A stretch of DNA of 64,000 nucleotides from Marsupella aquatica. Its lineage: Eukaryota; Plantae; Marchantiophyta. Made by a program: the position numbers and the translations under genes. The notes beneath the pieces are model-generated. The model did not search any database and was not told the DNA's origin. It was given only the letters and a program-made list of their open reading frames with translations. Location of the stretch: contig OZ316894.1 in NCBI GenBank assembly GCA_973895155.1, positions 15,678,699-15,742,698 of the forward strand, given 5' to 3'. Below, one piece after another: positions 11,967-22,866 of this stretch; position 1 is the first letter of the stretch, and each line of letters starts with the position of its first letter.

Positions 11967-14900
11967 ATGGAACCCGGGCCGAGGCCGGAGGTAAGGCTAA
12001 GGGTGAAAACCCGATTAGGGTTAGGGCGCGTTAAGCGTCGGCGGCTAGGAAGGATCAACGGGAAGAAGGACCGGCAGAGGAGAGGGGTAAGGAGCGCTTG
12101 CAGGAGATGGTGGCTCATTTGCGAGCACGAACTAGGCAGACGACTACGGGAGGCCAACTACTGTCAGCTGCTTAGGCAAGCACTCGGGGAGAGAATAGAT
12201 ACCGACGATCGACCTAAGGAGGGTATGAGCAACGTCAATCAAGCGACACATTTCTGGGGATGCCTGTTCGAACGGGCAACTGAGTACATCAAGACTTACG
12301 AGGACGAGGAATTAGAAAGGGCAGCTCGAGAACGGTAGGAGCTCGCTCGATTGTGGGAGCTGCAGAAGACGGCTTTCTTAGGAGGCGAACTCATCAAGGG
12401 CGAGTTCCTGTGGACGCCTACTTCCAATCAACTCGACGATCTTTTGTTTTGCAAAGACAGCGTCGTCGGCATCCGAGAGGCCATCAAGAACTGCAACGAC
12501 ATACACTGGGAATTAAAGGGTAGCACGGAAAGGTGGACCCGGGCAACGGTGCTAGGAGAAACCTCCACGGCAGCAGAGATGAAGAGGAAGGGAGCCGTCA
12601 ACGATGAAGCCACCCCGGCAAAAAGAACGAGGTCGGCGGCACCAAAGAAGCCAGCCGAGCAGCAGAGCAGGAGGGAGGGAGAAGCCGAAGAGGAGGAGGT
12701 CGATCCCATCAAGGCCATTCCAACCAGGGATGACACCTGGAAGGGCTGGGCGGCAACCCTACCGGTGGAGGTGCAACTACATTTTGCACGGGAGGAGGAT
12801 GCATGCTTTACGGCCATGCAGACCAAGAAGTACCAAGGCTTCATGGCCGGATCCGGCTTGGAGGCCTTTGTAAGATTACCATGGCTGAAGCCGGAGGTAC
12901 CGGAGTCAGACCTATTAGAATTCGTGGGGTCATGGGAACCCGAGACCAATTGCACGAGGATATATGGGAAGGATTTCTATCTTACTCCCAAGGTAATTGC
13001 CGAAGTGTTTGGCTTGCCGATAGGCAATAAGACCAAAGTTGATACCAGGAAGACCTTGCCTGACAAGGAGTTCCGGTCGTTCCCCGGGCCATCAACGAAG
13101 AATGGCTTCTTCCGGAACACCTGCACCAACCCGCACATAGGAGAGATGATCGACTTCTTGCGGGTGACCATGCATTGTAACTTGCCGAGGGCAGAGATCG
13201 GCAAGGCACAGGTCTATCTGGCAGAAAGGCCAGACCCAAGCCGGGACTACAACGGGTACCTCCTCAACCAATTGAAGAAGATCTTAAAGGAGGAGCAGCA
13301 GGTAATCGGCATGGGGAGCGTGTCGCGGCTTGGCTATCACATGCCGCTGTTGTGCCGGTATGCCAGAGGTCAGACTTTTGCCCCGGTACTTCCCCTGCAG
13401 GTAAGGGCACCCGAGGAAGCTCCAACGCCCAGGCCGTTGGCTGAGAAGCCTCAACCACCTGTTAGTCCTACGATCGAGCAGGTGTTTAGGCCCAGGAAGG
13501 AGGACTTGCCGATGCAGCAACCAGGCATGCAGAGTCTGCTGAAACTACTGGAGAAAGAAAAGAAATTGGCATCGGCAACAACAACGGCAACGGCAACAAT
13601 GCAGGACACTACTACAGAGGTAGGCCTACACCGGCTCACAAGAGAAAACCCCTTTGCTGGAGACAAGGAGAGAATCAGGCCGGAATCCAAGCCAGGTGTT
13701 CGAATGTACGTGGGAACCTCAAGCTCCGAATCTGAGGCAGAATTTCCTGAAGCTCCTACCGACGAAGAGGAGAGGGAGAAGCCGGACGTCCAAGAGGTAG
13801 AGGAGGCAGTGGAGGACTGCAGCCATGATAATTCCGGCTATGGGTCGGACCATCACGTTCCAGGAGTAAGGACCTGTGGCCGGTTTGTCCCCACACTTCC
13901 AAGGGTAGTGCGAGGGGACCCCAACCAGCAGAGTAGCCCTGAGTCTCCCCCACCAGATGTTGCTCCCCCGAGCTTCGACGGCATAAAACAGACGGTGCAG
14001 GAATTTCAGGAGCGAATCAAGCAGGAGGAAGAGGCCGCCCTGGCTAAGGAAAAGGATTTACCAGGAGGAGATTGGCCGGAGGACATCAGGCGGCTAGCCG
14101 AAAAAGGAAGCAAACCTCTAGCCACGATTGAAGAGATCCGCAGGACGGCTTGGGAGCAGAGGCCACGATGGGCGATGCCGATCACTTCTACTTACTCCAC
14201 CTACGCTAAGAATAGAGCCATGGAGTATGGTGAGATGTGTGGGGAACTTGCGCTCGGCATCTTTGGAGAGGAGTTGGAGATAGGACCCTTTTTTCATAGG
14301 GAGCAGTTGGAGAAGCACCAATTAGAAGAAGCGGTGGCTTTAGAGAGAAGCAAGAAGGACAAGGTCATTCAGCGGCTTAGGAGGATGGAAGCCGAGATTG
14401 AAGATCTAAGGGCGGCCAAGAAAGCCCAAGATGAACTGCGGATTAAACGACATGAGCTGAACATCATGCAGGGGCAGTTGGACACCGCGCAGGCTGATAA
14501 TCAGAATATCAAGGATAAACTGACTCAGACGCAGGAAGAGTTGGCCGACACGATCAAAGAGAGGGAGAAGTGGAAGCAAGAGCTGAAGAATAGAGAGGAG
14601 GCCCACATAACAGCCAACAGCCGGGCCATGGCGGAGACCCAAAGAAAGGAATGGGCGTTGAAAGGGGAGCTCGAGAAAATCCGTGGAGCCCTTGAGCAGA
14701 AGGAGGTCGAGTTAGGGAAATCCTATCAAGGGATTATGGCGCTGCAGCAGGAGCTTGCGTCCCTGACGGCCAGCTTCAAGGCCGACCTAAGGGAGAAGGA
14801 CGAGATGCTCGAACAGACTTACGCCAAGATGAACCAGATGGAGTCTGTCATCATTGCAGAGCTCGACAAAGAGCTAAGAGCAACCCAGGAGGAGAGGGCT

Positions 14901-15710
14901 ACCTTGAAGAAGGAATTGGAGGAAGCCCACAGGGAGCAGGAGGAGGCCAAAAACGAGCTGGAGGGGGCACGTAAGGACCTGGATGAAACCCAAGAGGAGT
15001 TGGAGGAAATCACGAGGAAGATGGAGAACCTACAGCGGCGGGCCGACAACCAAACTGAGCGGCTGAAGAAACAAGCCGCAGTATTTAAATGCTTAGCTGC
15101 AGCAGGTCCATCTCCCGTTGGGACAAACCAGTTACCAGGGGTGGTAATTGCCGAAGGACAAGCCGCGTCAACTGCACCAGTGCCGGAAGTAAGTGGGAAG
15201 GGGAAGGGACCAGCTGCCGAGCCACCAACGAAGAAGAAGCGGAAACCTTCAGGGTCAAGGAGTAATACGACTTCACAGGCCGTGGTGATCAAGGAGGTAG
15301 ACCCAGCACCGACCCCAGATAGGGTCACGGCTAAGGATCCAACTACCCTAGGGGAAGGGGAGGCCGAAGCCGAGGGAGTGGCTGAAGCCGAAGCCGTGGG
15401 AGTGGCTGAGGCCGAAGCCGAGGGAGTGGCTGAGGCCGAAGCCGAGGGAGTGGCTGAAGCCGAAGCCGTGGGAGTGGCTGAAGCCGAAGCCGTGGGAGTG
15501 GCTGAAGCCGAAGCCGTGGGAGTGGCTGAGGCCGAAGCCGTGGGTATTGCCGAGGCCGGTGTCGAGGCTGAAGCCGAAGGTGGACCCAGTCAGGCCGATG
15601 GAGAGTTGACTCGGTCAAGGGCAGGTAATCTGTCAGTAGGCGGGCCAACGGCAGTGGCTGAGGAGGAAGTGTTGGGGGCATCCATTGAGGATCCACCACC
15701 GGTGTCGTGA
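11967..15710 (+). CDS. LTR-encoded protein (~1247 codons, one in-frame TAG at 12336-12338): PMD/plant-transposon-like domain, long coiled coil, NLS, acidic repeat tail
   Basis: ORFs 11967-12338 and 12351-15710 share one frame. LLEFVGSWEPETNCTRIYGKDFYLTPKVIAEVFGLP resembles the plant mobile domain. E/K/Q-rich heptads, KKKRKP, (AEAEAVGV)n. Confidence 0.78.
15358..15550 (+). repeat. 24-bp coding minisatellite, AEAEA(V/E)GV x8
   Basis: GCTGARGCCGAAGCCGWGGGAGTG tandem units; 6 units in the 3' LTR (~26361-26505). Confidence 0.9.
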
Positions 15711-16634
15711 CGGTGCAAGGGCGCCGTTCCTTTTAGGGAGGGCGGACGTGGAGGGAGGAGGCGTGAGTGGGCAGGGCGGGCGCGGATCTCCACGTTTAGG
15801 ATTAGGATCAGAACCAGGAGCGGCCCTGACACTTAGCTTAGTGGGATTGCGGTCCCACTGGTAGGAGCAACACTTGTGCTCCTGCCTTGCTGTACATAGG
15901 TAGATTCGGGCAAGTAGATTACTGTCAGGTAGATTAGGCTTACGATGCAAAGAATGGCGGATCCACTACCAGGATAAGTACCTGGGCAGCGGGGAGCTCA
16001 GGGCCTCTTCTTTAGCAAGTTTTTAGTTTGCACCAGCCGGGCTGGGATCAAGTAGTACGAGAAGCTCTCGGTTAGTCATACAGTGACCCTTGTGTATATT
16101 CATGTTTCCTCATGCCTAAGAGCTGAATAGAGTTGGCCTCACGGCTTAGTTCGCAGAACTTGTGTATGAGATGTACTGTTTGTATGGCAAGTGCATGGTA
16201 TGACTCAGTCAGAATGAGTCATTTTGCTATTTGTGTGTCGCATTAACTTGTGTGAAGAGTGCCCACATCAACAGAAGGAAGGAAAGTAAGCAGGGGAGTG
16301 AGAGTTGGATGTGTCGAGCTGAGAGAGGTCTTAGCGGCTTAACCAAGCCTATTGGGGATCATTCCGGCGGCGGAATCCAAACATACCTAACAAGACGGAA
16401 GGGAAGACAGGGGAAGACAGGGGAAGGCCTATATTAGGCCGGCTACTATCTCATGACCCGATGAAGGATCTGTCCAGTATATGTGTGTAAAATGTTAATA
16501 GTAGTAGTAGAAGGTTAGCAGCGTCCCATGCCGCTAAGCCGCGGAAACGGCCTCGCCAAGCACGAAACCTGCGGGAATCGGCTTGAGCTGGGGGGTTTCT
16601 TGGGTTTAGGGAGCCATGGGACGCACCACATTTT

Positions 16635-16652
16635 TGGCGCTAGATGGAGGGG
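16635..16652 (+). promoter_or_regulatory. Primer binding site, tRNA-Asn-like
   Basis: TGGCGCTAGATGGAGGGG begins 4 nt after the 5' LTR and is complementary (1 mismatch) to the plant tRNA-Asn 3' end as recalled (CCCTCCTTCTAGCGCCA). Confidence 0.7.
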
Positions 16653-16699
16653 GCATTTCTTAAGCCGTGAGATATGAAGTTAGAACGGAAGCGTAGGTA

Positions 16700-19693
16700 A
16701 TGACTGACCTTACGCCGAGGGAAGAAAGAGTGATTCAACGGGAGAGAGCTCGACTGCAGCAGCTCGCCGGGTGGCATGATACACAGCGACTGAGAGGGGC
16801 AGAAAGAGCTGGTAGCTCTGAAACTGGAAGTGGCGTCGAAGAAGACATACCAGAAGAAGAGTCGGTAAGGAGAAGTGAGTCTCCAACCGACATGGGGGAA
16901 CCAGAGGCATGGCCAGACGAGAGGCCAGGGACCAGATTAAGCCGGCGGTCGCGCATACATTACAAGGCATTTCATGGGAGAGGAGATGAGGATCCGGATG
17001 AATGGTTGGATGATTTCGAGGGAACCGCTGCAGCAAATGGAGAATCGGCCATCAAGATGCAGATTCTTCCTGGCCTGTTCAAGGGTGAGGCTAGGCCTTG
17101 GTACAGAGCATTAGATGTGGAAGATCAAGCCATCTGGGATATCTTCAAAACACTCTTTGTTAAGGAGTTTCGACCCATTGGAACTTCAGAACTAGCAGTG
17201 CTGAAGTTGGGACAACTTCGGTTCAAGGAGAACAAATCCTTCAGGAAGTTCTTGCAACGCTTTCAGAAACTGGTAAGACGTACAAAGACCAATGCATCTG
17301 AAGGTATGCAACTTCAATGGTTGGTGAATGCTTTGCCACAGAAGATGAGTTTTGCAATTAGGAAGGAGAACCCGGAGACTTTAGCCGAAGCAATTAAGGA
17401 TATTCAATTATACATTAATGCAGATATCACAAGCCGGAAGAAACAGCTTAAGTCTGAGAGTTCCTCATCAGAGGAGGGATCACCCCATAAGAAAAAAGAT
17501 AAGAAGAAGAAACATTCCAAGAAGTCTAGAAGTGATAAGTCAAGCTCGGATAGTGGGAGTAGCAAGAGTGAGTCATCTTCTAGTTCTGAAGAAGAAAAAA
17601 CTAGGAAAAGGAAGGGCAGAAGGAGAGGGAAGACGAAAGTCAAGATGGAGGCTAAGCCACCAGATAACATCGTAGCCCTTACTGAGCAACTTAAGGCTAT
17701 CATTGCAGAGGTAAAACCAAAGAAGAAGGTAGTACAGGAGGATAGCTCTGTATGGTGTGCCTTATGTTATAAAACCGGACACCATAAAGATGCGTGTCCT
17801 AAGCTTAATACTAATCATGTTCGGCATGTGGCCGAGATCAAACCATGTCAGGGAGAAGTAGAGTACTTTTTGGGAGATGCCGCTGATAGTGTTTTCGGCA
17901 TCAGTGAGACTGGAGCACGAGACCTATCCAACAGACCTGCATCTCTGTGGTCAGGGTTAAGGAACAATCCAGGAGAGATGTATCCTCGGATTATTCAGAA
18001 CCCGTCAGTACCTCCTAGGCCGAATGTGCAAAGATTTACGGCGTGCTATAATTGTGGTCAACCTGGCCATTTTGCTAGAGAATGCCCGAATGCACGCAAA
18101 CAGGGTGATGGACAACCAGCTCAGCTATGTATGGGATGCCGACAGGAAGGTCATATGCTAGGGCAATGTCCTACTTGGTTGGCAGGCCTGGCCGCAAATC
18201 ATAAGCTTTTGCCGATCAAGATCTTACCGCCAGGTACTACCCCCGGAGGAGTTCAAATCAACCACATCGAACTAGGATGGCAAGAGGATGCCGAGGCAGA
18301 GTTCGTACCATCTGATGATGAGGCCGAAGCCCTATCAACCTTCTCAGAGGAGGATTTAGATCATGATTGCTACCGGGTCTCTACTCGATCTACCAGAAGG
18401 AAGGAAAGGTGGGATGGGCTGGCCAAAAATAAAGGGAAGGTTACGGAGGAAAGGATCGACTCTTCGTCAACATCAACAGAAGGAGAAGGGAGGGCTCCGG
18501 CAATACAGGTAAGCCATGAGCCCACCAGTGAAACCAATCCTTCACAAGATAGCGACTTCAATCGAGATCATCCTAAGTTGTTCTACCCCTCTGTTACGGC
18601 TAGTGTTAAGGAACAACTAAGAGAATTAGAAACCCTGGAGAATACCGAAGCCATTGCCAAGGATGTAAAATGAGCAAAAGCATTGTTTGCTTCGGAAGAC
18701 CCAACAGCTGTGGAGACTAGCGTGGCAAAACTGGCCGAATCCAAGACGGAAACACCACCAGAAGAGAAGCCGATTGTTCCCTATGACCTGGCTAAAGATG
18801 TACTAGAATCTAGAGTCTCGGCAACAGTAGGTCAACTATTGAAAAATAGCCCGTACTTCCGGAAGCAATTAAGGAAGGCTATTCTCGGCAAGCCGAGATT
18901 ACCCAAGGTAGCAACCAGATCCGACGTACTAATGATAGAAGAAGATCAAGGAGCCCCAGCATTACCATTAATGATTCAAGGAGAATTATTACTACGGGTA
19001 CCCATCGATGGAGGATCAGGGGTATGTATTATGATTGATTCAACAGCAAAAGGGTGGGGTCTAACACCGGAGATGACTGGAAGAGTGTTGAACATGGCCA
19101 ATGGATATCAGGTCGTTCCGACGGGAGTGTTAACCGGCATCAAGACAGAGATAGGAGGTATCTTCTTTAGCATTAACTATGTAGTAATGAAGCCGGTAAA
19201 TCCTACGTCATTCCGGCTATTGATTGGTAGGCCATGGCTGTACCTAGCCGAGGTAATAGAAGATTGGGGTAAAAAGCAGTTCACTTTCGGGACCCCCTCT
19301 ATCACGGTATCCTGGGACACTAAGGATGACCGTAGGAAAAGCATAAGGGAAGTAGATGGGTACGATAGTGGACTGGAGTCAGCCGATGAAGTACGTTGGT
19401 TAGAATGCCTCACTAACCTAACCGAAGAAGGTGTCTTTGGACCAGAGGTACCCCCCAGCGGATTATGGCAAGAACCAATGGAAGGTGACTTGGAAGAAGA
19501 AGACGAAGAGGTCGAGGACTGCTTTACAATAGAATCCACCTTTTTAGCTGCAATTCCGGAGGAAGTAAAGGATGTAGACCAATTGGATGAAACGGCTAAG
19601 TGGGGAGCAGTAGCAGGGACAGTGGATTTTCTACAGGCGTTGTGGCAGAGCCGACAGGGTCCACAACACCATCGATCATCGGCAAGGAATTAA
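16700..19693 (+). pseudogene. Gypsy gag-protease ORF (in-frame TGA at 18671-18673)
   Basis: Retrotransposon gag FHGRGDEDPDEWLDDFE; three CCHC knuckles (e.g. CYNCGQPGHFAREC); protease VPIDGGSGV and LLIGRPWL. Confidence 0.9.
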
Positions 19694-22600
19694 ATACCAA
19701 GGGATCGGCATACAAGCCGATTACGAGGGCAGAACAAATTGAGGCCCTATTAGAAGCCGAGAGAGCACAGCGGCCTAACTCTCAGGAGCAAGAGGTGGAT
19801 GAGATGGACATACACGATCTAGAGCCAAGGCAGGAAGGGGAGCCGACCACTAATTCAAAACCGAATAGACCGGTAAGGGGACAATCTATGGACACCAAGG
19901 AAGGGACCGACTCGGCTAGTCCAGCCGAGATCCCAGTTTATGGAGGTATGAGATTAGAGAGACTGGAAGCCGAACTGGACCCGAATTTGAAGAAGCAGAT
20001 TAATATGATCCAAGCACGGCAATATCGGAAGCTCGACTTAGGAGAGGGAAGAGAACTGAACTTAGGGAGAAACCTAGCACCTGAGCTCGAGAAAGAGATC
20101 AGTGACTTATTGATTGAATTTCAGGATGTGTTTGCATGGAGTCACCAAGATCTAAAGGGAGTAGATCCAACACTAGGGGAACATCGAATTGATCTCATGT
20201 TAGGAGCCAAATCATTTCGACAACCAATTCGAAGGATGAACCCGAAGTATTCCCTGCTGGTCAAAACAGAAATCGACAAACTAGTGGAAGCTGGATTCAT
20301 CACTCCAGTCCTGCATTCAGACTGGGTGTCTCCAATTGTGATAGTTCCCAAGAAAGCTGGACCCGATGGTAAACCCAAGATCCGGGTTTGTCAGGATTAC
20401 AGGAAGCTGAATGAAGCAACATTAAAAGACCATTTTCCTTTACCGTTTACTGATATGGTACTAGACATGGTAGCCAGTCATGAACTATATTCATTCATGG
20501 ATGGATACTCTGGTTATAACCAAATCAGGATTCGGCAGGAAGACCAAATCAAGACGGCCTTCATCACGGAATGGGGGATCTATGTCTTCAATCGTATGCC
20601 GTTTGGACTCTGCAACGCACCAGCTATGTTCCAACGATTAATGGTGAACATTTTTCATGATTACTTGAGAAAGTTCATGGAAATCTTCATTGATGACTTT
20701 GCAGTATTCGGGAAGGCATCGAAACATGCTAAATACCTTAGGAAAACCTTCATGAGATGTAGAGAGGTGGGTCTCAAGTTACACCCAGATAAATGTTTTT
20801 TTGCAGTAACCGAGGGGGTGCTACTAGGTCACAAGGTATCAAGGAAGGGCATTGAGATTGACAAAGGTAAGCTAGCAGTATGGCTAGATATCATGCAACC
20901 TAAGAACATAAAGGATGTAAGATCCTTCTTGGGATGCATTGGTTACTATCGCCGGTTCATCAAGGATTTTGCCAAGCTGGCTTTACCATTAACCAATATG
21001 CTCAAGGCAGGAGCAGACTTCGAACCCACACCCGAACGAGTCACAGCGGTGGTAGAATTGAAGCAGATGTTAGTAGAGGCCCCAGTCATGATAGCACCGG
21101 ACTAGAACAAAGATTTTCATGTTTTTGTAGATGTCTCGGGCTTCTGTATTGGCTCAGTACTAAGTCAGTTGGATGAGAAAGGAAGGGACCATCCCATATA
21201 CTTCGCAAGCCGTCAGCTTGCCGATGCCGAACGGAACTACTCTACCACGGAAAGAGAAGCATTAGGAGTCATTTATTCTTGTAAAAAGTTTAGACATTAT
21301 TTACTAGGGTACAAGGTAATCTTTCATACTGATCATGAAAGTTTGAAGTACCTAGTCAATAAGCCGGACCTTACAGGCAGAGTAGCAAGATGGATTTTGC
21401 TATTATAGGAGTTTGACTATGAGCTGAGGATCAAGCCGGGAAAGTTACATGCCAATGCCGACTTCTTTTCAAGGATCACAGGTAAACCTGCCACGGATTG
21501 CATCGATGATCGATTCCCCGACGAGGAGCTATTCGTTGTGGAAATAGCTGGTACATGGTACCCTGAGATTTTACAATTTCTCAGCACTTCCAGATTACAG
21601 CCAGGATTAAGCCGAGAGCAAGCCGCAGTCTTTGTGCGGAAGGTCAGACAGTATCAGTGCATTAAAGGCATACTGCACAAGCATGGAATCAACGGCACGA
21701 TTCAAAGGTGTTTGGAAAAGAGAGAGGTAAAACGAGTCCTACGGGCCATGCATGGAGAGGAGGCCGGAGGACATTTTGCCCCAGTAACCACGTCTAAGAA
21801 GATATTAAATGCCGGTTACTGGTGGCCCACCTTGCACAAAGATGTCTATCAGTTTATCAAACAATGCGATCCTTGTCAACGAGCGGGAGGACCAAGGGCG
21901 TCCACCAGGCATCCACTGCACCCTATTCTACCTCTGGCACCATTCGAGAAGTGGGGTATTGATTACATTGGACCTCTGAAACCACTGACCCACCCTCGAC
22001 GGAACAAGTACATAATCCTGGCTACGGATTATGCAACTAAATGGGTAGAGGCCAGACCAACAACGAAGGATGATGCAATTACTACGGCTAGATTCATGTA
22101 TGAGCAGATCTTCACCAGGTATGGAGCACCCCTAGAATTAGTTAGTGATAGAGGAACCCATTTTTTGAATGATATAATTAGTCGTTTAAATGAGCAGTAT
22201 TTAGTTAAACATAGGCCTACTACTCCCTACCATCCAAAGGCAAACGGGTTGACAGAACGAGCAAACGGAATCATAGGAAAGATATTGAACAAGACAGTAG
22301 CTCAGAACAAACTCGATTGGGATGATAAATTGTTTGCTGCTGTTTTTGCTTACAATCTTGCCTATAAATCCACTATCGGTCATACACCCTTCTTCTTAAC
22401 CTTTGGACAAGAAGCCCTGGTACCCATGCAACTTGAGATACCGACATTTCAAGTTACAATTGAGGAAAGAGCCTCAGCGGAGGAGAGCCTAAAGGAGCGA
22501 GAATATAGGTTAGAAGCTTTAGAGGAAGCGAGAATGATTTCAGCCGAGAGAGTAGAATATAGACAGAATATCATGAAGCAGCAGTATGATAAAAGGTTAA

Positions 22601-22866
22601 AAGTAGTTAGTATTCATACCGGTGATCTTGTGCTACTTTATGACAGTAGGTATAGTAGGTTTCCAGGAAAGCTTTACACTCGCTGGTTAGGACCCTTTAG
22701 AGTAACCATGATGTTCCCCAATGGCTCCGTACAATTGGCCAACATTACGGGGGAGGTATATCCAGTTCGCATCCATTATGACCGCCTCAAGAAATACTAT
22801 ATGGACGAAGATGAAGTTGTTCGCGAGGACGCTTCACAATTAAGTGGGGAGCTATGTGATGCCTAG
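19600..22866 (+). pseudogene. Gypsy pol (RT-RNaseH-integrase) in the -1 frame; stops at 21103-21105 and 21406-21408
   Basis: FMDGYSGYNQI, MPFGLCNAPAMFQR, FIDD; AERNYSTTEREAL; HHCC finger; GIDYIG, SDRGTHF, NGLTER; WLGPF. The stop codon lies inside the 3' LTR. Confidence 0.93.
22841..22854 (+). promoter_or_regulatory. Polypurine tract
   Basis: TAAGTGGGGAGCTA immediately before the 3' LTR. Confidence 0.65.

Larger units (their letters stand above)
11852..16630 (+). repeat. Gypsy 5' LTR (4779 bp)
   Basis: TGTGATGCC...GCACCACA, direct repeat of 22855-27586. Confidence 0.97.

Noticed and set aside
12014-12026. TTAGGGTTAGGG in the Gypsy LTR as a telomeric insertion
   Set aside because: Only two units, in frame within the ORF (LGLG) and present in all copies; at most a telo-box-like motif.
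18671-18673. TGA between gag and protease as a programmed readthrough
   Set aside because: Most simply CGA>TGA decay, like the other C>T/G>A stops in this element; only one copy is available.
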